Positions 10,001 through 19,617 of a stretch of DNA of 64,000 bases are shown here, one piece after another. The DNA comes from Candidatus Latescibacterota bacterium. GTDB lineage: Bacteria > Krumholzibacteriota > Krumholzibacteriia > WVZY01. Numbering within the stretch: the stretch's first letter is position 1; each line of letters opens with the position of its first letter. The DNA is taken from positions 64,001 to 128,000 of the forward strand of contig CAWBQK010000018.1 of NCBI GenBank assembly GCA_963791045.1, written 5' to 3'. The notes under the pieces were generated by a model that saw nothing but the letters and a program-made list of their open reading frames with translations, was not told the DNA's origin and made no database searches. A program made the translations under genes and the position numbers.

Positions 10001-13000
10001 GGGCACGAATACCGTGTTGGCCGTCGCCGAAATGACATGGTTGATATACCCTGGTTGGATGTATCCGACGGCCTTGCTCCCGTTCAACGGATGGATCCCG
10101 ATATAATAATCGCCATCGGGGAGACCGATAAATGTGTAGCTGCCGTCGTGCGGAAGCGTGTACTCGCACGCCACGGTATCCTCGTCCGCCGCGTCGATCG
10201 CGAACACCGCCGCACCGGCGAGAGGTCCGCCTGTGTAGCCATCCGTGATAACGCCGCTCAAACGGCTCGCCGCGGCGATGTCGGCCGTGGTTCCGTATGC
10301 TTTGAAGAGTGTGATTTTATCCTCGGTGGCGAGTGTCGCCGCCGCGGTGTCGGGCGGGAGGACAAAGTACATCGTCGAGGATAGCACTGCCGAGTGGGAC
10401 AGCCCGAATACATGGCCCGCCTCGTGGGTGGCCACCGCGTCGATGAGCGTGCCTTCGGCCGGGCCGGCGGATTCGGTCCTGAAGCTTTTGCTTCTGTTGA
10501 AGATCATATCCGAATCGCAAATTTGTCCTATGCGGTACCATTCGTTATTGAACACCGTCGGTTCGGTGAACGACGTGGTGATTCCCACGGCGAGAACGCC
10601 GAGACCGAAATGAAACTCAGTGTCCTCGAATGTAACGAGGTTGATCCCGTCCATCGCGTCGGCGTTCTTCTGCGGCGTGGTGCCGCCGTAGACCACCGTT
10701 GCGTCGGTTCCCGGTATGAGCGTCCATGCGTTCATTGCGTTTTGTATCGCCGTGAAATCGCTCCCGTCGAGGATGCCGGGCGCCCCGTCTTCGTTTATGT
10801 AGTACGTTATCGGAAAGTCGGGACGTTCCCAGTACTCGACGTGACGTCCGCCGGCGCCCTCGTCGATGCAGCCGTCGCCGTCGCTGTCGAAGTTGAGCGC
10901 GCTTTCAAACGGACACAGATCTTCCGGATCGGGAACGCCGTCATCGTCGGAGTCCCAATCGCTCACACTGTAATTGACGCTTGCCGTGTTGTTCGCCTCA
11001 TCGGATTCGTCGATGATCGAGAGCGCGTCGGCGGTCGCCGTCGCGGTGAAGCTTCCGATGTAAGGGAAGTTGTCGATGCGCGTGACCACAACCGACTCGC
11101 CGCCCTGGATGTAGTCCTGATACTTCATGAGGAAAGCGTCCTCGCCGCCGCCTCCGGACTCCCCGGGGAGAATTCCCGATGTTTGTCCGGCGACAAAGAG
11201 TCCCTCGTTCGACGCCGCGACGCCTGTTAGCTTGTCGTGCGTCGTCGTCCCGACAATCTCCGTCATGAGTTCGCTGCCGTCGAAATCATACCGGCGAACA
11301 AACCCGTCGTTGCCGCCCAGGGGGGCGTGTCCGGGAAGGTTCGATCCGACGTATCCGACGACGACGAGGGTCAGGTCCTCGATCGCGAAATCAAGACCGT
11401 GGTCGATGAGAGATGATCCGAACTGGCGGATCCAGACGATTTCGCCGAAGCGGTCGATACGGGCAACATACGTGTCCGACAGCCCCGCCGAGGTGTTGCC
11501 GGGGAGGGTGTTCTGTGTGTTGCCGATCACATAGACGGCGGATGGGTGGACTTCGATCTTGGTCACGTTGTCCCAGTTCGCGCCGCCGAACTGCATCGTC
11601 CAGATCTCGTTGCCGTCCAGGTCGCATCGGCGGACATACGCGTCCTCAGCGCCTTCGTGCGTCTCACCGGCAAACGCGAAATCGACGCAGCCGCCCATAT
11701 AGATCCCCGACGCGTCCGCGGTAACGTCATATGGATACTCATAACCAGGTTGGTCAAACACCTGGGTCCACACAACATTGCCGGCAACGTCATATTTCTT
11801 GAGAAACGCGTTTGTGGATCCGTAGTCGCCGCTTCCGTCGTGGGTGTGGCCGAACACATAAAGGGCGTTGTCGTACAGACAGAGCCCGGCGGCATTGTCG
11901 ACTCCCGAGAGCGAACCGAATTCGTCGGTCCAGAGTTCGGTGCCGTCGAGGTCGTATTTTCTCACCCATGCGTCGCTGTAGCCTGATCCGTGGGTCTGAC
12001 CGGGCAGGTCACCCCAGACCTCACCGCACGTGTAGACGCCCGTGTCATCGACGGCGATGCCCATGCCGCGGAGTTCGTCGCCGGTGCCGCCAAACTGGCG
12101 GGTCCAGACAATGTTCCCGGCGTAGTCGAATTTCGTGAGAAAGTAGTCCGCCTGGCCGTAGTTGGTCTCGGCGGGGAAGGCGCCTTCGGTTCTCCCGATG
12201 ACATAGACGCCGCTTGTGTGACAGGCCACCAGGCCGCCCGTGTCCATCGCGTCGGTTCCGAACTGGGTCGCCCAGACGTCGGAGGGGAATGGGAGGTTCT
12301 CGCCCTCGACCTCATCGGCGATTTTGAAGTTCAATGTTGTCGAACGGATGGGGATGGTGGTGCTGTTCAACACCGTCGCGTCGAAGGTGATGGTGTCGTT
12401 GTCCGTCGGGTTGAGCGGCGTTCGTGTAATGCTGGTGATCTCGAGGTCGGGCTTGTCCAACTCCGCGACTCCAATCAGCACGGAGGAAGTGTTGTTGTTC
12501 TCAACGCTCTCACTCACCTCATCATCGTAATCCACGCCAATCATATTGTTATAGAGTCCCTCGGTCGGGATGTTCTCGAATCGGGTGAATGAAATTGTCT
12601 CGCCCGGCTGGATGAGATCTTCAATCTTTTGAATGAATGCGTTGGTTGTGTCTCCAGGGACACCGGGCTGATCGTTGAGGAATCCACGTGCCCCGGCGAC
12701 ATAGATACCAGAGTTGTCTACGGCCACCGCGTAGGCCGCTTCGTTGTGTTCGGTGCCGAATTGTTGGGTATTCCGCAGTGTTCCGTCGGGGTCGTATCGG
12801 CGGATAAAGCCGTCGATGCGGCCGTAGGCTGTCTGGCCGGGAAGCGGGTAGAGCAATCCGGAGATGCCCACGCGGCCGCTCGCCACGATACATTCGTTGA
12901 AGAATGTCAGGTCGGTGATATGGTCCCATCCGTTGGTGCCGAACTCATCCGTCCACAGGAGGTTGCCGTCACGATCATACTTGCGGATAAACGCGTCGGT

Positions 13001-15220
13001 ATCGCCGGGAAACGCGCCCCCGCAGTAACCGGCGATGTAGACGCCTTGCATGTCGATGGCGATAGCCGTTGGTTGATCGGGACCGTCGGTGCCGAATTGG
13101 TAGAGCCACTCGGGCGGTGTCACCGATTTTTGCACAAATATGTCATAGTCTCCGGAACTTGTTTGTCCGTCAAAGGCTCCGTTTGTGAATCCGACCACGT
13201 ATGAAAAACCGGTCTCGTCACGAATCCACTCTATGGCTGCGTCTTCGCCCGCCGTACCAACTTGCCATGTGTTCCCTTGTAAACCCTCGGGGCTGAAGAG
13301 CGCAAAAAACGCGTCGCTGCCGCCGACGCTTGTTTGGCCGGGTAACGTCCCTGCGGTCTGCCCGCAGACACTGATATGGCCGTCCCGAGTTGAAATCCCG
13401 AACGCCACATCGGTCGTCGTAGTTCCAAATTGACGGGTCCATAACTCGTCGCCGTCGAAGTCATATTTTCGGACGTACGCGTCACCACCGCCGAGATACG
13501 GCTGACCGGACAACGAACCGGAAACTCCTCCACAAACATAAATGCCGAGGGCGTCCGCGCAGATATTGTGCGCGTACCCGACATTGCCCGTGCCTCCGTA
13601 CTGATCCGTCCACACAAGATTCTCGTTGAGGTCATATTTCTGGACAAATACATCCCAGTCTCCGGTGTTGGAAAAACCGGGGAATGTCCCCTTGGTTCTT
13701 CCTACGACATAGAGGAAGTCTTCGAAAATGATTGCTTTCAGGATATAGGTCTCGTCGCCCGCGTCAAATTCGTGGGCCCATGTGCCGCCTTCGGGTATTT
13801 TGAATTGCTTCGCATCGTTGCCGACATACCAGTTCATGGTCGACGCCCAGGCGGGCGCCTGACCGGTGTTGGCAATTGTCGCGTCGAAACGAATGAGGTC
13901 GGCGGTTGTGGCGGCCAGCTCTGCTGACGATTCGTATTGTTGAACCGTCAGGTCCGGCTTTGGCGCGGGGTCAACTATCTGTTCTGTGGCCCAGATCGAA
14001 ACATTGTCAAACATTGGCGCCGCTGTGTGGGTGAGTCCGGAGCCATATGTGCCCGCCCAGGCATAAAACATATCTTTTGCGACAAGTCGAATGCGCATCC
14101 GTGCGGCGCCGGGGGCAATGAGATCGGTCAAATCGTACCCAAAATTTCTGAAGCCCCCGGCCGAATATGAGATGCCAGAGGTTCTTTTCCACGCCCCGCC
14201 TTCCTCCACCGGCGGGGCTGCCACCTCATAATCGAAAAAGACAAGGTTGTCGAGCGGAAGGTTTGCGTATACGTCAAATCTGAGGGTCAAAGAAGATACA
14301 TCGGTCGGAATGTCTATCACCGGTGACTGGATTCCAATTTTGATGTGGTCGCGTTCCGGGTCGAAGGGAAAGACGCCGGTAACGGGGTCGTAGGCCACCC
14401 ATGACCAGGTTCTGTCGGGGCAAGGCAACGAAACTTCACAGGCCGGTGTCGCTTCCAGACGGTAATCATAGTGGGATGGAGGCGGATACACGGATGGAAT
14501 CCACCCGTCCTCACCCGTCTCGAACGTATCGGCCGCGTATCCCGTGACCTGGACGCGGTCAAGCCGCGCCGCCCCGTTGGAGTCCCATTGTCCGTCCAAG
14601 TCGCTCCATGCGCCGTCGGTATTGACAATAAAGCGGATTTCCACTGTCTGATTCTGATAATAGCTGATGTCGTGCGAATGGTTGACAAATCCGCCCGAGA
14701 TGCCATCGTAGGATGCGAGAACGACCCACGTTTCAAAATTGTCATTCGACACTTCGACATAGGTATAGTCGTAGCCCGGTTCGGTGTCGTACTGGATGTC
14801 ATATTCGAGTGTGATTGGGCCTGTCCCCAGGTCGAACGTCTTATAGACGTACTGTTTCCAATCGTTTCCGTAGCCCGGCGGAGTATCGAGCCAGATCGCG
14901 TCGGTGCCACACCACATTACACCTTTGTTGATGAGGCCGTCCTGATAGAAGGCGTGGTGCCAGAACGTGTCCTCCTGCGCAAGACCGTTGAAGGTGGCCC
15001 AACCGGCCGCGTCTTCGTAGAAGTCCTCGAAATAAACCCGATGAGAATTCGGAGTTGATGCGAGGTTTCCGCCGAATTGCGATTCTTCGACGGGCGTGGG
15101 CGGCGCCGGTTCCTTTGCATAGGTTGTTGAACCGATTGCACAGCACACGAATAGAAGAACCGCCAGACCGACTGTCCATCGTTTAACAGAGATATTGTTG
15201 TTATGACGTTTCATGACCAT
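4084..15220 (-). CDS. Giant secreted protein (~3,700 aa once one frameshift near 9090-9105 is repaired): jelly-roll, two CARDB domains with inserted SBBP propellers, TSP3-like repeats, matrixin (M10-type) metalloprotease, Big_5/IPT Ig domains, YVTN-type propellers, FlgD-Ig/CTD
   Basis: ORFs 8936..15265 and 4084..9120 join inside one propeller blade (GGLNDLDAT|PAGNRVYGVS). Signal peptide only on the first ORF (ATG 15220 after GGGGGGG). CTD QNYPNPFNPSTTI...ASGVYFYKL only on the second. HEAGHVFGLSH at 10394-10426 plus STMY Met-turn. Confidence 0.85.
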
Positions 15221-15236
15221 TAACCCCCCCAAAGGT

Positions 15237-15794
15237 CTAGCGGCGGCCGAGCGCCTGGTCGACAAAAGTATCGACGGTTACTTTCTGTGATTTAGTCGGC
15301 CGTTTGATCCCGTCAGCGCCGGAGGCGCCGACGAGCTCGACCCCGTCGAGCGGGGGCGAATCGACATAGGCGACGCCGGTATCGTGGTCGCGTTCGATGT
15401 GGAATTTTCCCTGCGAAAAACCGGTCACCCGGAAGTCGCCAGTATCCTGGCGTTCGGCAAAGAGGAGCACCTCTTCGCCCGGCGCCCACTGGAGGGCCCC
15501 GTGGACGGTGACGCGGACGTTATCGACCACGCCCCCGAGCTGGATGATATCCACCACAGGTTCGTCAACGCCCTTGTAGGTCTCGTCGACACCCACGCGT
15601 GTTCGCGTAAATATCTTGGAGTGGTCGTCGTTCCAGTAGGAATCGACACTGACGACCTTTCCACGGACGACGAGTGATGATTGTTGGCCAAGCTGCTGTG
15701 GGCTTTGGTAGAGAATCTGAGTGGCAAATGCGGTGGATGCGATCAATACAAACGAAAGGCAGAAGAGAATAACTCTTCTAGAGCGGCGTTCCAT
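15237..15794 (-). CDS. Secreted 185-aa protein, TIMP/NTR-like OB-fold domain (type often fused N-terminal to bacterial matrixins)
   Basis: ATG 15794 after GGGGGG RBS; signal peptide ending AFA. Pattern SSLVVRGKVVSVDSYW...IFT...V.V.ETYKG...IQLGGVV...V.VHGA...GEEVLLF. Stop lies 16 nt before the giant gene start. Fold assignment is from motif recall. Confidence 0.75.
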   Translation of the reverse strand: MERRSRRVILFCLSFVLIASTAFATQILYQSPQQLGQQSSLVVRGKVVSVDSYWNDDHSKIFTRTRVGVDETYKGVDEPVVDIIQLGGVVDNVRVTVHGALQWAPGEEVLLFAERQDTGDFRVTGFSQGKFHIERDHDTGVAYVDSPPLDGVELVGASGADGIKRPTKSQKVTVDTFVDQALGRR

Positions 15795-15984
15795 GTGGAT
15801 CCCCCCTTGGAATGGCATGGTGTGCGAGGACTTGAGTGTCATCGCACGTGAACTGGATTGAAAAACGTGTAACTGTGCGGGTGCAACAACACCAGCAGGA
15901 TGGAATCGAGGCGCGGCTCCGCGAGAAGGCGGAGCAAAGAAGTATGGTTGAGTCCCCCACGTTACCCCCCAGGAAACGAATGCA

Positions 15985-18900
15985 TCACCAGGGCGACTTT
16001 TCGAGCCCGATGACAACAAACGGGGACCAATAGAAAGGATGTGCGTAACGCGAATCATCCAGCATCACAAGCCGTGCCTCGTTCAAAGCGCGGCTGGCGG
16101 GACGCTTTTTGCGCAACATGCGCTCGTAGAATTCACCCATCAAAATTGCGGTCGATTCATCGGATACCGGCCACAGGCTGGCGACGATTCCCGGCGTTCC
16201 CGATGCGAGAAACGCCCTGCTCAATCCCACGACGCCCTCGCCGCGACCGATCCGGCCGCGGGCCGATTCGCAAGCGGACAACACAACGATACCCGCGTCG
16301 GTATTGAGCGAGAGGATTTCGAGAGTGTGGAGATAGCCGTCTTCCACACCCGCGGGGTCGGGGCACAACGCGATATTCGATGCGGCCGGTTCGACGGGAT
16401 CGATGATACCGTGTGTCGCGAGATGGATGACGCGAACCGACCCGCCTCTTATCTGTTCTTTGAAGACCGCTTCGTTGGCGTCCGCGCCGAATCGGACGGT
16501 TTTTTCTTTGTCATCAAGGGAAGCGCTTATGTTTTGTACCTCACCGCGGGTATGGGGAAGCGGCTCGAGTGTGTTTGTCGCGCCGGCCGCATCCTGGAAG
16601 AGGGAGTAGTCCGGATCGCCCATCGCGAGGAGTTCCGAATCGTATTTTTTCTTTTTGTTTGATTCTTTCAAATTCAGATAGATGGAGGCCGATGGCGCGT
16701 ATGTGACGGAGTGGGTCCTGGCGAGGAAGGGAAGTTCCTGCCACTGTGTCGAATTGCCGGCCACGTCGTCGAGCAACGCTTCGAAGGGCAGCTCGAAGAG
16801 TATTCCATCCGGGATGATTATGAGTTCACGGGAATTGGCGAGACGATCGCCGGCCGGGGCGACGAGTACTTCGTAGAGGTGGTGTGCCGACTCTCGAAGC
16901 GCGTCATCGCCCAGGCCGGGGCGGGAAATCGCGTCCCTGAATCGGATGATTTCTTCGCGTAGTACGGTTCGGTTTGGGATCTGGTAGAGATCGCAGCCTT
17001 TTCTGTCTATCGCCCACATCAGGGACGTGGTGTCGCCGAGAGCGTATGCGAGAAGTGTCGTTCGCTTGGATAGCTTGTCGCGCAGACAGTCGGGTTCGGC
17101 AATAACGGCTGCCGCCGGCGCCAGACCCGATACGGAGGCCTGAACGCGCTCGTCTCTCAAGGAGGCATAACGGTTCTTCAAGTCGCTCTCCCGCTGAGCG
17201 TAATCCGGCGCGTCCGGATCGAGCTGGTAGAGCGAGTCAATGAGCGCCTCTTCGGCCGCAGTATGCTCGGCGAGAACCGATGTTCGCATCAGGTCGAGGA
17301 GCCCGCGCGCCTTGGCCCTTTCGACGGTTTGAAACGCGTATGCCGACCAGATCCCTTCGGAATCCTCGCCGGCGAGTCCCGCGTAGAATCGCGCGACCTC
17401 TTCATAATAGAATCTGCGAACTCCCGCGAGATAACCGGTGCGAACCGACGTGTCGCCGATGTCTTTGCGCGTATCATCGAGAATTCCGAGCGCCCTTTGA
17501 TAATAAACATGCGCACTGTCCGGGTTTGATTTCTCGTAGCTGTGTCCCATCCCAAACGACCACGTCAGTGTCAGGTCGCCTTTGTTTATTTGCTCGATGT
17601 CAGTACTGATTCTGTCGAAAATAGTCCGGGCTTCATCGGGACGGCCGGCCACCACCAGGACATTGGCGATTCCGAGCTGGTCGATAAAGACGTTCGACTC
17701 CGGTCCTTCTATCCGGTCTTTTTCGAGCACGGCGGTCCAGATTTCAATAGCACGATCGTAATTGCCCCGATGACGCTCGAGTTCGGCGGCCAGCGTCGAA
17801 GCCTCCCGGGCCAGTTTGGGATTCTCGAGTTCAACGGCAAGCGCCGCGGCTTTATCGGCGTATGAGAGGCCGTTTTCAAACGCGCCAAGCTCTTGGAGCA
17901 GGTACCCCAGGTTGATATAAGCTTCGAGTTCAAACAACGGCATCTGGTGTTCCTGGCTGAGACGGACCAGAGCGAGAAGTTCGTCACGCGCGCGCTCGAG
18001 CTCGCCGATTCGGAGATACGTAATTCCGCAATTCCTGTGGTAGACGATTGATTGTTCGGCATCGGCATTGGAGACGAGAAGCCCCTTCACGGCATCGAGT
18101 TCCTTGAGGGCGTGGCCGTATCTATAAGCGTCCGCGTAGTTGAGGGCGAGGTTGTTGTGACAGATCATCCGGCGTATCGGATCATCCATTGTCACGGCGA
18201 TTTCAAGGGCCTCGCAGAGGGCCTTGTTCGAGTCCTCGATCCTCCCCATTTCGGCGTTCAAGCTGGCGATGCTTGTGAGGAGTTCGTACTGCTTGGCGGT
18301 GTTCCCGGTGCGGTTCACGACGGGGAGTGCGCGTTCGTAGGCGTCGCGCGCCTCGACGATTCGTCCCAGCGCGAGGTGGGTGTTTCCGAGATATGTGAGT
18401 GATGTGGCAAGGCCGCCGATGTCCCCCGTACGCTTGCGGATATCGATCGCTTGTGTATAGAAATCAAGGGCCGCCGCGTAGTTACCAAGCTGGTAATTGA
18501 CACTTCCCATCCCGTTGAGGGTTTTGCCCTCGAGGATCTTGTCGTCGATAGCTCGTCGTGCGGCGAGCGCGTGCCCGTATTGTTCGAGAACCCCGGGGAA
18601 GTCTCCCGCATACCAGTAGACCACGCCGAGACTGCCCCAAATCACCGCGACCGACCGGTCATCGCCGATCGATTCATGTAGGGTTTTTGCTTCGGTGAAA
18701 AGCGCGATTGAACGCTCAAAATCACCGGCATTTCTCACTTCGACGGCCTCTTGTTCAAGAGATTTTGCTTTCCGGCGGATTGCGCGCTGATCGGGGCTCC
18801 ACGACCTGCAGACTCTCGTAAATTTGAGCGGCGCTTCCGAGCCGCCGGTATCGTCGTGGATAGATGCCAATCGCTCGGCAAAGTCGAAGTTTTCGTTGGC

Positions 18901-19143
18901 CGCTTCGGTTTGTCCCTCATCGCCTATCTGTATCGCAACCTCGAGGAGTTGTCCAACGGCGGCTCCGACCAGGACCGAGTTGTCCCTCACGTAGCCGGCC
19001 AGGACGTCATCGCCGAACGTCGTTGCGATGGAGTCGGCTTCGACTATAAAACGCGTAACAGGATCGTCAGCGTGGGCTGGAAAAGTGAAAAAAAGAACAA
19101 ATATAGAGACAAGAATAGCGAGTACAGACCTGTTTGGACACAT
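15985..19143 (-). CDS. TPR + CHAT domain (caspase-like, clan CD) protease with N-terminal signal peptide
   Basis: Multiple TPRs; LIIIPDGILFELPFEAL; catalytic His in IHLATHG and Cys in VVLSACES; VASLWPVSD; HPFYWSPF. N-terminus RSVLAILVSIFVLFFTFPAHA-D. Start could be 19176. Confidence 0.92.
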   Translation of the reverse strand: MCPNRSVLAILVSIFVLFFTFPAHADDPVTRFIVEADSIATTFGDDVLAGYVRDNSVLVGAAVGQLLEVAIQIGDEGQTEAANENFDFAERLASIHDDTGGSEAPLKFTRVCRSWSPDQRAIRRKAKSLEQEAVEVRNAGDFERSIALFTEAKTLHESIGDDRSVAVIWGSLGVVYWYAGDFPGVLEQYGHALAARRAIDDKILEGKTLNGMGSVNYQLGNYAAALDFYTQAIDIRKRTGDIGGLATSLTYLGNTHLALGRIVEARDAYERALPVVNRTGNTAKQYELLTSIASLNAEMGRIEDSNKALCEALEIAVTMDDPIRRMICHNNLALNYADAYRYGHALKELDAVKGLLVSNADAEQSIVYHRNCGITYLRIGELERARDELLALVRLSQEHQMPLFELEAYINLGYLLQELGAFENGLSYADKAAALAVELENPKLAREASTLAAELERHRGNYDRAIEIWTAVLEKDRIEGPESNVFIDQLGIANVLVVAGRPDEARTIFDRISTDIEQINKGDLTLTWSFGMGHSYEKSNPDSAHVYYQRALGILDDTRKDIGDTSVRTGYLAGVRRFYYEEVARFYAGLAGEDSEGIWSAYAFQTVERAKARGLLDLMRTSVLAEHTAAEEALIDSLYQLDPDAPDYAQRESDLKNRYASLRDERVQASVSGLAPAAAVIAEPDCLRDKLSKRTTLLAYALGDTTSLMWAIDRKGCDLYQIPNRTVLREEIIRFRDAISRPGLGDDALRESAHHLYEVLVAPAGDRLANSRELIIIPDGILFELPFEALLDDVAGNSTQWQELPFLARTHSVTYAPSASIYLNLKESNKKKKYDSELLAMGDPDYSLFQDAAGATNTLEPLPHTRGEVQNISASLDDKEKTVRFGADANEAVFKEQIRGGSVRVIHLATHGIIDPVEPAASNIALCPDPAGVEDGYLHTLEILSLNTDAGIVVLSACESARGRIGRGEGVVGLSRAFLASGTPGIVASLWPVSDESTAILMGEFYERMLRKKRPASRALNEARLVMLDDSRYAHPFYWSPFVVIGLEKSPW

Positions 19144-19331
19144 AGTTGCGACCGTCGGCTGAATTGCTGCTGACAATAATTAGTGAATATGTATTGGGAC
19201 TTTGCACAATGTGCTGCGGGTGCCGTGCTGTGTCCCCCCCCAACTGCTTGTAAATAGTCTAGCCCAGAATGGAATGTGCGTCAAGTGTTCCCTGAACACC
19301 CACGACGATTTGTCGGTGTCATTGCGGCGAG

Positions 19332-19345
19332 TTGATGCCGGTCAA
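19332..19345. promoter_or_regulatory. FNR/CRP-family-like box (1 mismatch)
   Basis: TTGAT GCCG GTCAA against consensus TTGAT-N4-ATCAA, in the divergent CHAT/kinase spacer. Confidence 0.45.
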
Positions 19346-19420
19346 CGGGCAATTATGTTCGTCGCACGGTCGAGGATTGAAATGACCGGTTTTGAATCAT
19401 GATTTCACCGAGGTTTGTTC

Positions 19421-19434
19421 TTGATTTGAATCAA
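19421..19434. promoter_or_regulatory. FNR/CRP-family-like box (perfect)
   Basis: TTGAT TTGA ATCAA, an exact TTGAT-N4-ATCAA match, in the divergent CHAT/kinase spacer. Confidence 0.55.
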
Positions 19435-19617
19435 TTAGGGATGATTCCGCCGCCCGGGACCGGTTGAATACGGCTTGAGACAGCGTGTACTAAGTGTCAG
19501 GTTCTCTGGTGCTTCCGAGATTGCTTTCAACATCCGATCTTTTTTGTTACGCTAGCTATCGAGGGTTGGATTCATCGACTGTGAACCGGGGCTGTAACGC
19601 CGCGACAGGTGGAATCA

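Noticed and set aside
15926-15945. Hairpin GCTCCGC-gagaag-GCGGAGC after CHAT as a terminator
   Set aside because: No U-tract follows it in either direction; at most a stability or pausing element.
15985-19143. CHAT as part of a Craspase/type III-E CRISPR or other defence system
   Set aside because: No cas genes, array, gasdermin or NTPase sensor in the window, and the protein appears to be exported.
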